DNA of 64,000 bases. Origin: Chrysomallon squamiferum (lineage: Eukaryota; Animalia; Mollusca). Both the position numbers and the translations under genes were made by a program. Positions 24,742 to 38,300 of the stretch are shown piece by piece. The first letter of the stretch is position 1. The number at the start of each line of letters is the position of its first letter. The notes below the pieces were generated by a model, which worked only from the letters and a program-made list of their open reading frames with translations, was not told where the DNA came from and searched no databases. The stretch is taken from assembly GCA_012295275.1 (NCBI GenBank), contig CM022670.1, positions 12,710,001-12,774,000 of the forward strand, read 5' to 3'.

Positions 24742-26663
24742 CTTTTTCTGCATTCTATATTATAGAATTCGCGAATCAGTCGACCAGTGCATGAATAAAT
24801 ACTTAATATTATAACGTCACCATAAATTACTGTTATTAATATTAATCATACGTTGTTGTTTTGTGTAGTGATTGTGCATAAGACGGGAATTCCGCTGCTA
24901 ACGCTCTGTTGGTCACGCCTGCTGATTAAAGCAATAAAATACGCCATAGGCAATAACATACACACTACAAGCTTTAAATTCAGAGGGTTTGTCAAATGCT
25001 GCAATTACCTTTTTTTATCTAATTATTAAATCACATTTTTGAATAAATCTCTATGGCTCTTTTGATCTCGTTTTCCGAGAACTGATGTCTGAAGTCGATT
25101 CAGTCCTCAGATTATCAAAATCAAATAAACTGAATTCGAAGGAAAAAATAAAATGTTTGGATTTAACTGCTAGATCAACCTCTGATGCTGGAAAGGTTTA
25201 GTTTATAATGCAGAACGAAATGAGTTTCATTACCCTGTCGTGTGGTAAACACGTAAACTCGGGCTGTAAAACAGCAACTCAATTTGGCAAGATGTGCAGT
25301 AAAAGAATAATAAAGATGACATCATGAATGTTATAACGTTAAAGTCTAGCATTCAAGATGGAAAACTGTTTAATCAGCATTTTTGTTTTAGTTAAATTTA
25401 TTGACAAATAAAGCGAATGTCGAATAAAAAGTTTAGACTATCATTTTAATTTTCTTGGTGATAAACAACCATCATTTAGATAGAATCCAGTTATGAATGT
25501 AGTCATGGTTTTTAACTGTGCAAATAGTTAATATATCAAAATTTCGTTGTTCTTTTGCTGACGTGTTTTCTTCTTCTGATTAATATTCATGAAATAATGT
25601 AGAAAATGATTAGAACAAGAACAAATATATAACCAGTGAGGCAGGAGTGCGTGTCTCCCTTTATCTCTCTCTGTGTTTTTCCGTATCTTTCTCTGTTCCT
25701 CTTCCCCATTTGATCTTTTTTCTATTAATCTCTTTCGTGCTTTCGTCAATCTTTTTCTCCTTCTCTCTGTTTCTCTTTCGCTCTCCCACATTTTCCTTTG
25801 TTTTTCTTCGTGCGGATATTTCATATTTCTTCTCTCGTTCTGTCTGTTTGTATCTGTACTATTTAGTACACAAGACCTCCACACTAAATTAAACAATCTA
25901 AATTCTGTTTTTAAAATTACGAGCAAAATTACTTTTCTAAATGACGCAGCAAGAACTCTGACCTCAAACCCAACAAGGAAACCTGCAATACTTCCACTTA
26001 TTTTATGAAACATTAATCTACATAAGAATTAATGATATCCAAAGCTTTCGTCTTATAATGGAAGACAATCCCAGATCATAAAGGCAATTTGCTACAGCCT
26101 TCTGCATTACAAGGATTCCACTGCAGCTGAACTTTGCCTGTAATGCGTTGCCACAAAGGAAATCGGGGGTTATGAGAAAAATATCGGAAATCCCCTGAAC
26201 TAACATTGCCATCAATCAAGTGCTCCAGTAATGTCAGATTTACGAGAAAAGCTGTCGTCAGGAAGCCTTAACAAACGCATTAAAAACCACAAATGTTATT
26301 GCTGCTGCTTGTTCCAGCGAGTTTCGTTGTTTTGCAAATCCATTGCTTTACAAAGTCAGCGAACGAAATGGGCCACAGTTCTTACCACATAATATCTTTT
26401 TCTGTTAGCTTTAAAGCCTGGAGTTGAACCTTTGAGTTGTGGGAACAATGCATCGATTCCCATTACTAATAGCTTTCAAATACTGTATTCAGAGTACGAG
26501 AATGTTCAACTCCCGGGCGAGTCAGTTTTCGTAACTTTTTGTTTCTCTAACGCTCCAGCTTCCATCACTGAAATGTTTTTCATTATTCCGTGAAACAGGA
26601 AAAAGATAATGTTTATCACCGTATGTGGTATAGGATAAAGATTTACCATTACAAGTTACAAAG

Positions 26664-27107
26664 AAATTCTTATAATACTGAATTTGGATAGGAATTCTTA
26701 CAATAACGAATTTACGTAAGGATTCTTAGTTGTCTGCGCAATAATAACTTGCGCAGGAATTCGTGCTGTAATGACCATGTACAGAATTTCTCTAATCGAC
26801 GAGCTAATACCAATCTGTATAAACCAGCATAAGTAAAAATTATCGAAATAACAAAACTACATAGAAATTTGCATAACAACAATTTGCTTCAGAATTGGTA
26901 AAATAATAAGTTGCACAAGAATTCGTAAAATACCTCCTTGTTTATGAATTCATCCAATTATTACTTCTTCAGGACTATGTGCAATAAATACTCGTAAAAT
27001 AATTTAAGCAATAACTACCTATATAGCAGTTTGCACATGAAAGACATGTCTGTGAATCTGTGCAGTAATGACTTACATTCGAATTGGTGCAAAATCTATT
27101 ACGAAGA
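26664..27107 (+). repeat. Highly diverged 27-bp tandem repeat (consensus about GAATTYGTGCAATAATAACTTGCACAG)
   Basis: GAATT-like unit starts recur at 26757, 26784, 26811, 26865, 26892, 26919, 26946, 26973, 27000, 27027, 27054 and 27081 (27-bp phase). Two 28-bp units at 26664 and 26692. Confidence 0.75.
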
Positions 27108-29524
27108 GTAAATTTTTAAAAAATTTAAAATTTAAAATTTAAAAAAAACTCGGCTGCTCAAGCTGTAGTGATTTACACGGATATTCTAGCAATGACGATT
27201 AACATCTGTAAAGACGATTTGTAAAGAGAAGTATTACACGTTTGTGACTTGTTTATGCAAAGCAGTTAATGCATCAAAGACAAACATATTTGCACTTTTG
27301 ATCTCAAATACTGACACTAGCAGATGAGATCGCTTTAGTTCAATTATCAAACGAGATCAAAATGATTTTTAAAACTAAACACGAGCCATTTTGTGGCATG
27401 TATTCTAACATGGCGTCTTTGATGTGGAAATCATTTTTGTGAACGCTAATGAAAAACAAACATTCTATGAAACATTTCTTTCAGGAGTATTTTTTGTAAT
27501 TATTATTTCTGAGAATTTGGTCTATGGCACTAACAGGAATCGAAGAGACATTTTCTTACCCATTCATCATGTTAATTAATGTTTTAAGCACAGTATTAGT
27601 GCGGTCGTCAGAAATACGATTAAATCAAATGCAATTACGTAATTATCAAAGAGATGGATTTCCTAACACACATGAAAGGCGTGATAGATATACAGTAAAC
27701 GAAGTCATTACTACTGCCACTATGTCGCCACACTGCATGGAAGAAAGGTGGTTCTGTGCATCTGAATTAGGTGTTTGTATGAGTTTGTATGTATGTGTAT
27801 ATATATATATATATGAATGAACGTATGTATGTATGTGTAAAGTCATAAAATATTTTCTTTCTTTTGAACATACACACACACAACCACAAGGAACTTTCGC
27901 TGATACATATTCTTATCTTCTTTTCTGATAGAAGAAAAATAATAATAAATAGATAAATAAAAATGTAATAAACATTCCATTTCACGGACTATTTTTGTTT
28001 TCTTATTTTTAATTGACGTTTTGCATCAAATTTCAAAAAGTAATTTCTCGCGGAATTTTACAATTAATTTTATGCATTCTACATATTAAATATAATCTAT
28101 ATAAAGGAAGAAAAAGAAAAGGTGAGGAAAAATGATGACTATAATCAGTTGTTTTCTTTTGGTTGTTTAAAAAACATTAGATCTATATATATATATATAT
28201 ATATATATATTTAAAATGTACGATATAAAAATAAAAAATAACAAGAAAGAAAATATTATAGTGATAGGAAAGTATTCAAAGAAGAATTTCCGCAAATCGT
28301 GGAGATGTTGAACTGACAATAAGAAATAAATGTTGTAGGTGTATTTAATCAGTGGATACAGATTAGAAAAATAAAGCTAGAAAACTGTTCACTGTGAAAT
28401 GAATAAAGCTGGTTTCTTTACAGGAATACCCAATACCAAACAATTTATGTAGCAACCTTGATTTCTGTTCGCGTGGCTTTGAAACATCAAAGACGAAACA
28501 AATTTGAAAAGAAACAAACAAAAAAACAACCCCCAAAAAACAACAATAGATTGTAATAGTTTGGAACAGATCTCAGAGAGAAATATAATACTTCAAAGTT
28601 GTCCAGAACGAATGTTAGAACGCTTGCTTAAGGCATAAAGAATCGCTCAGTCAACATCTGTGTGCCCACTGAACTGTTTTCCATAGCAAGTAACGGTCCG
28701 AAATCGTTTTATCAAAGGTATGTGTTTACCTTTGCATCCTAAAAATGCACATAAAAGATCCTTCATGGATAACTTATGAGCAGATGACGGAGTACCTGCA
28801 ATGAGTTTCATCTCAGAAACCATTATTCTGAGAAAAGAAACAAAAAGCAAGTGTATTTTCTAAGTACTGTAAAGTGATATTCAAAAATCTTCTTCTAAAG
28901 ACAACGGAAGACTCTATGCCTATATTTTCATGAAGATTTCACTTGTAGCTTTACCCTTTAGGAAGAAACATCTTGAATTTCACGTATCACTTCTCAGTAG
29001 CCTAGTTGTTGTCATCAAAAATATATCTTCAGTACAACACATTGGCCATCAATAGCCCAGTGGTAATCTTGTAAATACCTCTTCTGTACCACATATCACC
29101 TATCTGCGCTTCAAGTCTTGAAGAAAAACACTCTATAGAAATGAAATATCAGTCATCGATACCTATTGTCTTGCACTAATACGTTCTGATGAAGATAAAG
29201 TCAAGACTGCAAACTCTTCAATATAAAAGACTATTTATTACTGAAACCCGGTGTCATATACGACCTCAAAATACCCGTTGGGAACTGCCATAGTGACCAA
29301 CTCGGTCATTATTAACAAATTGGTTTTCACGACTACAAGTCTTTTCCATCCATTTAATATCTTCAACAAAAAACCAGTACAGCCACTCGGCTTGAGACTG
29401 CCATATCTGAAAAGATAAGAGATGTGAATGGTAACTCGTTAAGAATGAAGTTGTATGCAACAGTTTGTTAGCCGTGTTTAAATGAATATCCATGTTTGAT
29501 ATGATTTAACATGGTTTGTAAATT

Positions 29525-29559
<35 letters not shown>

Positions 29560-31346
29560 TTTTTTATGTTGTTCTTAGTGTGTTTTCTTTTTTACCTTTT
29601 TTGTGAATTCGACTAAAATCTAAAAAAGAAATTTAAAATTAAAAAAATATAATAAAGAAAGAAGGAAAAGAAAAGAAGCAATAAAAGAAAAGATATAATC
29701 GCTTTGAGCAATATTTCAACGCGTAAATAGCATAAGACATTTTTAAATATTGATTTTCTTTCTAGTTTCTAAAACAGCTTGTTGTTTATTGACGTTGGAG
29801 CACACTTATATATTACTTGCACGACGAATACACTGCCTTCAGCAATAGCTCAAACGCATGTTGACAACAATACCAAATTCAAACACTCTACGCCGTCGGT
29901 GATGCCAAATTCATTTTGTTTGTTTCTTACTTAAAAGAACGTCAACGTATCAAAGTGATCGAGTCTATTTATTATTTGCAAATCAAAAAAATAAAATCCC
30001 TTCAGCAGGGTATGAAAATGATATTCGTTTTAAGATTCGTGTTAAAATACCCTTCAGTTCTTATTGACTGGATTTTAATAAAGACTTGATATTTAGTGAG
30101 TTCTGATTTCATTTGGTTTGTCCTCTGCTTCGATTATTGACAGAACATTGTAGTTATGAAGGCCAAGACTTCAGACTAATTCTGATAGAGTCAGGGTCAA
30201 GGTTATTTGTTATGCATATATATCAGAAACGTGGCGTCTATATTTCCCTTATTTATGAGCAAAATAAATAGCTTCTTTAATTGTTGTATTATTTTATCAT
30301 CATCATTATCGTTATTATTATTATTATTATTATTGGTATTATTTCCAGTCAATAATCAGTGCTTATTGATTGGTATGGTCTTCCAGCACGTTCCAGATGA
30401 CATAATGCATACATGTTTTATAAATCGTACAGCTGAAGATTGTTTTGGAACTTGAACTTGATTCATTTTGGTTCTTATACTTCACGTCTGATGCATGTAT
30501 TCATTATCCATTCCTATACAGTTACATTTCTCTCTATTTTTCTATTACAAAGCAATTTTAAATGTCTGGACTGAAATAGAGAAAATCCTTCTGTCAACAG
30601 ATTAACACAATTTACATCTTTGCTTCGAAATCTCTACATATACAGCGAATAGTTTAAGACAAGATGAGACAGTTTGGTGCAATCTACTTGACATGCCCTT
30701 GATTGTCGTTATTTACTAACAAGTCAAGCTGACCTGGATTGAACTTCACCGCTATTTAGTTAATGTTCTCTGATTCACTCGCCAGCTCCCTTGTTGTTTT
30801 AGAAGATTACTGTCTGGCTGTGGTCACTCATCTCGGAGATTTTAAGGCAATTTCCCAGCTCTGGAATTAAATAGAGTCAATTGTCTTAGTCTAAGGATTC
30901 CTCTCCGTGTGTGTCTGACTCCAATCTCTCCTTGTCTCGAGCGTGTTCTTGTCATTTGCGATTCGAATGCCCTGGGTGAATACCGTAGTCAGAAAGTCGC
31001 TAATTTGACGAACTTGAGACTTGACTCATTATTCGAGTTAATTCTCTTTATTTGTCTGACTGCCATTTAATGACAGGTTAGTCTGGCTCCAGTTACAATT
31101 AGGAGCAGGTTTAGCTCAATGATGTTTGCTTCAGGCATGATTTGTCGCTTGGTAATTTCTGCCAATGACCCATAACTGTGGGTCAAATCCTCCAAGGCCA
31201 TCGCATGTTGTTTTGTGTCAAATAGAAAGAGAGCATGAAATATTCATTTCTAATAATCAGCTAAAAAATCATACAGTGGATCTATAATAGCGGAATGTGT
31301 TAGTGGGTTTTTTTGAAACATTATAATTATAATACATCTGTCGCCA

Positions 31347-31455
31347 TTAACGTACCGTAGCGTAAAGAACATATTCTTTAGAGTCAATTTTAGTGAAGTA
31401 ACCATTAAATGTATCCAAGATTCTCTGTATGGTTTACGCTACAGTACGCAGTTAA
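31347..31455. mobile_element. Small inverted-repeat element flanked by TTAA; possible MITE remnant
   Basis: cgtaccgtagcgtaaa (31351-31366) vs reverse complement of tttacgctacagtacg (31433-31448) match 15/16. TTAA at 31347-31350 and 31452-31455. Confidence 0.45.
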
Positions 31456-32067
31456 TGTCTTTGAAGCGTAATTATATTTAAAGTGAACGTCTGGAGTCGT
31501 AATTATGTGCAGTTTTAAAACGTAAACGCTATATGCTCTAGACATCACTATACCCTAACGCTATATATTTTTAGGTGTTATTGTTCTTTAAAATCTTACA
31601 CATGTAAACAGAACATATGCTAAAGACCAGTATACGATACATTTTGAATATGACAGACAGACAATGCAAAAACATCAATTCGCAGTGTGCTTAACGGTCC
31701 GTCAACAGTATGATATATCACCTCCCGTAATCATAAATAATAAGCATCTCTGAACTGCAAACATTACTCTTCGTTTAAATGACTTCATTATTGTGCAGTA
31801 AAGATCACTTTACCGTAAAGATCGCAATAAGAGCAACATATCGTTCTCTCGCTAGTGCATTCCGCATTCTCCAGTACGTACTGCAGCAACTATTATCGAC
31901 ACCAGTATCAGTAACACGAAACATCAGCATACTCATATCTTTCCTTTTCCTGTTATTTCAGAAGAAAAAACATTATTATTGTTTTATTGTTTTTTCTGTG
32001 TACATATTTCTGAATTTCTGATGTTTTTTTCGGTTTGTTTCTGTTTATTCCTAACATCTTCAAAGAC

Positions 32068-32144
<77 letters not shown>

Positions 32145-34443
32145 AACTGTAACTGTAGCACTCTCAAATTTTTTTTTACTCTTTCTAGCTATCCATTTTT
32201 CTCTGTCTCTTTATCTCTCTGTCTGTATTCACTGTCGGTGATATATTGCTGGAAATGATTGCTATAATCATGACTAAAAGTGCATAGTCACACATTCTCT
32301 AGTCCAGAAGGTAAAAGCCAGACTGTTTAAATCCAGGATAATTAAGCCAAAGGTTTGAACTGAGGTGTTTGGTTACTTGAATGCTACTTTGGGTCTCACC
32401 AGTTAATGCACAGTATATTTCGAAGTTATCTCTCACATCCTGCACATTTTGCATAATGTATATTAAAAACTCAAACTGCCAGTTCTGTGCAACGTATTAT
32501 GATATTCATTATACATCTATTTCCTTTCTTTTTTTCTTTTTTTTTAAATTTTTAAATTTTATTCTATTTTATTATTATTTTTTCAGCCGCTGAGACCATG
32601 CTAAAAGCAAGATCTGCCCTGTGTGTGTGTCTGTGAGAATGTGTGAGTGTGTATGTGTGTGTATGTTTGTGTGAGTGTTTATGTGTGTGTCTAATGTCAG
32701 TTATACATACAATTTAATGAAGTGATGTCTGTGGTAGATTACAGATATCAATGAAATTGTTAAGCCAGACATGAAAGGTAAATGTTAAACTCGATGATCG
32801 TAACACTTAATAAAAATTCTTATGCTAATGTCTTCACTTTTTACTTTCATTTACTTATGACTCACTCTCTCTCTCTCTCTCTCTCTTTCTATATATATAT
32901 ATATATATATAAAGAAAGATAGTAAGACACAGGATGATAAAATAATAACAATAATAGCAACAACACCACCAGTATACAAGCACTACTACTTGTACTACTG
33001 CTACTACTAATGATAAAACTAAGAAGTAAAAATAAAAGTAAATCAACAAAGAAACAAAAATTACAACGAAAAAAACAAGAACAGAAAAACAAGCACTAGT
33101 TTAGAAAAAAAGCAGTAAATAAAGACGAAAATAGAAAATAAAATAAAAATGAATAATAAGAATAAAAAATAAAACGAAAAAAACAACAACAAACAAACAA
33201 AAAAACAAAAAACAAACGCACATAACAAAGCGCAGACATTTTTTTCAAGAAAACAAATAATAATAAAAACAGAACCAAAAAAATGAAATGGAAATAATTT
33301 TGCTCTCTCATGACAGCTATCTGGTTTAATTAGATGATCTGTCCAAACTGTTTCTAATTCACTGACATCTCCAGCTCTTGAAAGACAAAAGGGATTTGAA
33401 AAAAAATAAAAATGACATTTAAAAAAAATAAAAATGACAGAGTAGAAAAAAAATTAAAAAGGAAATTAAAAAAATTAAAGAAAGGAAGAATGTTAGACTA
33501 AAATAAAAAAATTAAAAAAAATTAAAAAAAATAAAATAATAATTTTTTTTAATAATAACAAATAATACAATACCTATTTGTAAAGATTTTCTTTGGCTTC
33601 ATTTCTATTTCTGTATTTTAGGAAATAGGATTTATGCTAAAGTGCAATTTAGAAGTGTGACTCTTAAAAATAGGTCGCTTGAAAGACAGTAGTACAACCC
33701 AAGATTAGTAATATATAGAAATAAACCTAACGGCACGCATGTGTGAAATAATCTTTACATATGTACATAAATAGACATAAAAAACACATACACACACAAA
33801 AATGAAAAAACATAAATGATAAAATAAAGTAATTATAAGAAACAAATAAAGAAAAAAGTAATAAAAAATAAAATCAATAGAAATAAAAAATGAAATAAGA
33901 TAAAAAAAAAGAATAAGAAAAAATAACATTATAAAAGTTAACGTTTTTATCTTAAGGCCAGTTCACACAATTCAATTTTTAGTAACAGTTCCAAAAATTG
34001 GATCTTAGTTTGATGGATCAGCTTTGCATTTATTTTAACACAAAACTGCAGATAAATATCATCTGAGATTTGTTTCCTTTTTGTTGCCATAACAACATGC
34101 TTAGAGAGTGCCAAAAAGTGAATATAAATTGTCAGAATTGTGACATGGACGTCACTTTTCACTCAGTTTGATTTGCTTTAAAGTCAGGACGAATCGATTC
34201 AATACACAAAAGACATGATGTTATTGTATTAAAAGATCTTCGCTGTCCTTGAACGTTAGAATAAAAGGATCTGTGTTTATCAGTGCATCAACACATTGTA
34301 CTGTTTACTACCACGGTTATCAACATATGTTTTTCTGTTTTTTTAATTATAATATATGAAACATGACTATACGCTTGCGTCTCAGGCGCTGAGTGCATCA
34401 TCGATTGTCATTTAAGTAGTACAGAGAGAGAGAAAAAGACCAG

Positions 34444-34561
<118 letters not shown>

Positions 34562-35115
34562 AGGGGGGAATATGGTAGAACTATCGATTTTCGTTTTACT
34601 TTCATTTCTGGTGCCAAAACGACTGAATCCAATAACAGATCATTATTTTTTTTCCCATTCTGACTGGTTGTATGACACTATTCAGGCAAAATTATCTCTA
34701 GAAAGGCATAGCTAATGAATGAAAAATGTTAGGAACTGAAAATGGATACACATGATAAATACAGGCGAGGCTGGAGATAGTTTTCAACAAACCCGGGTAG
34801 GATTTCACAGTTTACTGTCATGTTTTCATTTATAATTAATATTGTGAGTACGATACACTGTCCATACATAACAAGTACACACAAGCACACGAACACAAGG
34901 CAAAGCTAAAAGAGAGAAAAGAGGAAAAACTCAGGACAAGGTTATATATTTTATCAATTTAATTTTTGTCCCTGAATTCTCTGAGCCAGGACAACTGAAG
35001 AAAAGTATATCTATGTATGTAGCTATCTATCTATCTATCTATCTAAATATACATACATACATACATACATACATACAAACATACATACATACATACATAC
35101 ATACATACATACATA

Positions 35116-35322
35116 CAGGGTGGCCCAAACGTAGGTTTACAGTTATTAAATTATCGTTTATATGCTTGAAGTCACTTGCTAAGTACAATTAACATAAAAT
35201 ACAATGTTGAAGGAGGACATTTTGAGCTCATGAAAATTAACAGTTTCAACATTGATTTTTGAAACATGCTTGTATTTTAAACGATAAATTAATAACTGTA
35301 AAACTACGTTTAAACCTACCTG
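35116..35322. mobile_element. Tc1/mariner-type MITE (207 bp) with 45-bp TIRs and TA target duplication
   Basis: Left TIR CAGGGTGGCCCAAACGTAGGTTTACAGTTATTAAATTATCGTTTA matches the reverse complement of 35278-35322 at 38/45. TA at 35114-35115 and 35323-35324. TA-CAGGGTG termini are typical of Tc1/mariner. Sits at the end of a (TACA)n tract. Confidence 0.85.
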
Positions 35323-38300
35323 TATATTATCTTGGACTCTGTCTATCTACCTATCTATCAATGCATTTCTCTGACTATCTGAACTGTCTGCTGTTTTCTG
35401 TCTGGATATTTTTATATCCATCTATTTATGTGAGTACAAAACTCTCTAATTTTTCTATATATCCGTTTGTCCGGCTGGTGTTTGTCTGTTTCTCTCTGAC
35501 TCTCCCTTCTTCCGTGTGTCCTTTTGTCTGACCTTCCGGGCGTCACTCTCTGCATGTCTGTCTGTCAGTATATCTCTCTCAGCGTCACAGTTATTTTGTT
35601 CACATCGCGGCATACGGGGAAAAAAAAAAGAAGATAGAAATATCTCTGACTCAGCATCTCGAAGGTATTGGCATTTGATGTTTCTTTAATAATATCACAA
35701 ACATGATTCAAAATCGAATTTCTTGTCAAAGCGGAGACATAAATATTGATATATCACACGCCCACAGAATATTAATAACTTAATAGCCTTATGTTAACAG
35801 AAAAAAACCAGACAAAAAACAAGGTTTTCACATCAGATTTCTGATTCTTGAAATATTAATATAATAAATGTATGATGAGAGATACAGAAATACAGAGACA
35901 GTGAGATGTGCTCAGAGAAAGAGAGTGATGGAATCACCGACAAACAGACAAGCAAACATAGAAATAGAGACGCAACGAAAAGGATAGAACAAAATATTAC
36001 TGTTTGTGATAACTTCACCTTGTTAATTATCCATTCTGAAGTTCTTAATTTGGTTTAATTTCATAATTTCTTACAGCTCTTCTGAATTCTAGAGTAATCA
36101 TAAAATAGCACGTATTCATTTCTATCGTATATATATATATATATATAAGCACTTAATGGCAAAGAAAGTTTTGAAACAATCTATTAATAACAAAATAAAA
36201 ACTTGAACATAATAACTATTTTAGAAATGCTCATACATCATATTGCCATGTTGATAGTTCTATCTTATTTTCCAATTTCCCGTAATTCGAAACCAATGTT
36301 ATCAGCAGGGAATTGCCTCAGGAAAAATGAAAAAAAAAAAAATCACCCTAGTGCTAATTTGCAGCAATTCTTCTAAGTTCAACAAATGGCAATTAAAGAC
36401 ATTTTCACTCTTTGACTCCATCTCATAGCATAATCGCATTTAATTCGATTTTTTTTTAGAACTCTATCTCTAATAAAGACTCTGAAAATATCTATGTCAG
36501 GACATTTCCAAAAGTCGAAATTACTTTTCTCTTTTTATTTCCACTTTCAAGAAACTCCCTCTCTTCGACAAACATCATCGATTTGGCAAACGAAAATTTT
36601 GGTTTGAGGCCGAATCGAAGCCAGCGGAGTTAAGACGTAGATGATATAAAAGGTACATAAGAAGAATAATGTATCCTAACTAAATACATTTAGGAATCTT
36701 CTCTAATGTTCAGCTAAGGAAGTGAAATATTGAATATATGGGAAATTACTTCCAATCTGGCTTCGAGTGTTTTTCTTGATTAAATATTGGACTGATCTCT
36801 TTCAACTATCGTGACAATTGCGTCTTGAGAATGTATCTATCGTTACAAAAAGTAAAATATTAATGTGATAATGACAACATACCTAGACGTGGGCTGCGTC
36901 TGAAGATATTGAAGTGCTCTAAAGTCCCAGTATTGTTTGATGCTGAATAGCATTTATGATAAAAATTAGTGTTGATTTTGTTTAGCCACCACTAGAATTC
37001 TTTGATTAATGTTCTAACTTTATAACTACTGGATATTAGATATTTTTTTATTATTCTGAAAACAAAAACGTCTTCATAGAAAATCAGTTATAGTTTTTCA
37101 TTAGCACGTATACTTTTCATTATAGACTTGTTCAATCAAACACCCAGACATTTAATGTATTAAATATTTTTCTCTTCTAGATTCTTCACAGATTCGTCAC
37201 GTATCAGTCGACTGCTTTAAAAATGGCTACATTCAATTTAAATTCATTTTATTATAAAAAATAAACTTTTTAATTTCAATATTACTGAGGAAAATTCATG
37301 ACATCATTCTTGGGGTTATGAACTAGATAAATAAGGAGAAAGGAAACTGAGATCACGATTGCAAGCAACTTTTCACGTACAAGAAAATACGTAACACTGT
37401 GTTTGATAAAACAGTCGTGGGACACAGGCCAACATGATCATGTAGCAGGATTGATCTTGCGAGCGAACCAGGCAGTAATGTCAGCACGTTACTACTGAGT
37501 CCCAACCCATCCTTTATAAAATATTTTAAAAAAATAATAATAAGTAAAGAAAACAAACAGATGTTAAATTAGTCCATTAACAGATAAATAATATAACAGT
37601 TACTTATAACATCTTAACGCGTGCAGCTAAACGAAATGTGAAAAAAATTAAAAATTAGAAAAATCCCAAACTGTTTTTTTCTTTCTTTTACTTACTGTTT
37701 ACCCGCACACAATCGTCTTCATTTGATTACATTGTGGCAAAATTTCTTTTCTCTCTTGTGTCTGCTAAGTCAGACGGACATAAAAGTGTAATTATTACAG
37801 AAATAGTTTGTTATTTCGAATTAGCGAACTAACTTCAGACTTATGAAGCAATTACATGATTAATCCCGACAGAATACTTTTCTAAATTCATAAGCTGCAG
37901 TAATAACTTCTTTTTTTTCACATCAAAGAAAGTATGTTTTGTAAAGCATGTTTATTGTTACGCTGCCACTGTTGCACTGGCCTATGACACTGTGGGCTGC
38001 ATGATCCACGATCCCTAGTGTGTTCGGTTCGGTTATTTCGCGATTCGATTAGTGCTCAACTATTAACAGAGTCCGTGGTTAACGCTTTCCAAGCTGTAGT
38101 GAATTCCTGTAAAAGATTCTCTACTTTTAATACAAAACTATAACGTGTTCCACTGGTGATCATATAACATGAAAAACAAAATTTCGACATAAAATAGCTG
38201 CCAGTAGAATTAATCAATGATTTTCTTTTTCCCCCTCCTTTGTAAGTTGACATAATCTTGATATATGAAATGCCTTTATATTTATGCTCTTTTTTAAGTA

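Noticed and set aside
25528-26013. 161-aa minus-strand ORF with a K/R/E-rich half
   Set aside because: Arises from a purine-rich low-complexity tract; no recognisable domain.
26664-27107. CRISPR-like interpretation of the periodic array
   Set aside because: No conserved repeat alternating with unique spacers, no cas genes, and a eukaryotic context.
29266-29410. Good minus-strand acceptor followed by two open frames of about 45-55 codons
   Set aside because: No recognisable peptide and no convincing donor; not distinguishable from chance.
32281-32292. TGCATAGTCACA matching part of miR-153
   Set aside because: The 3' half diverges and there is no complementary arm of pre-miRNA length.
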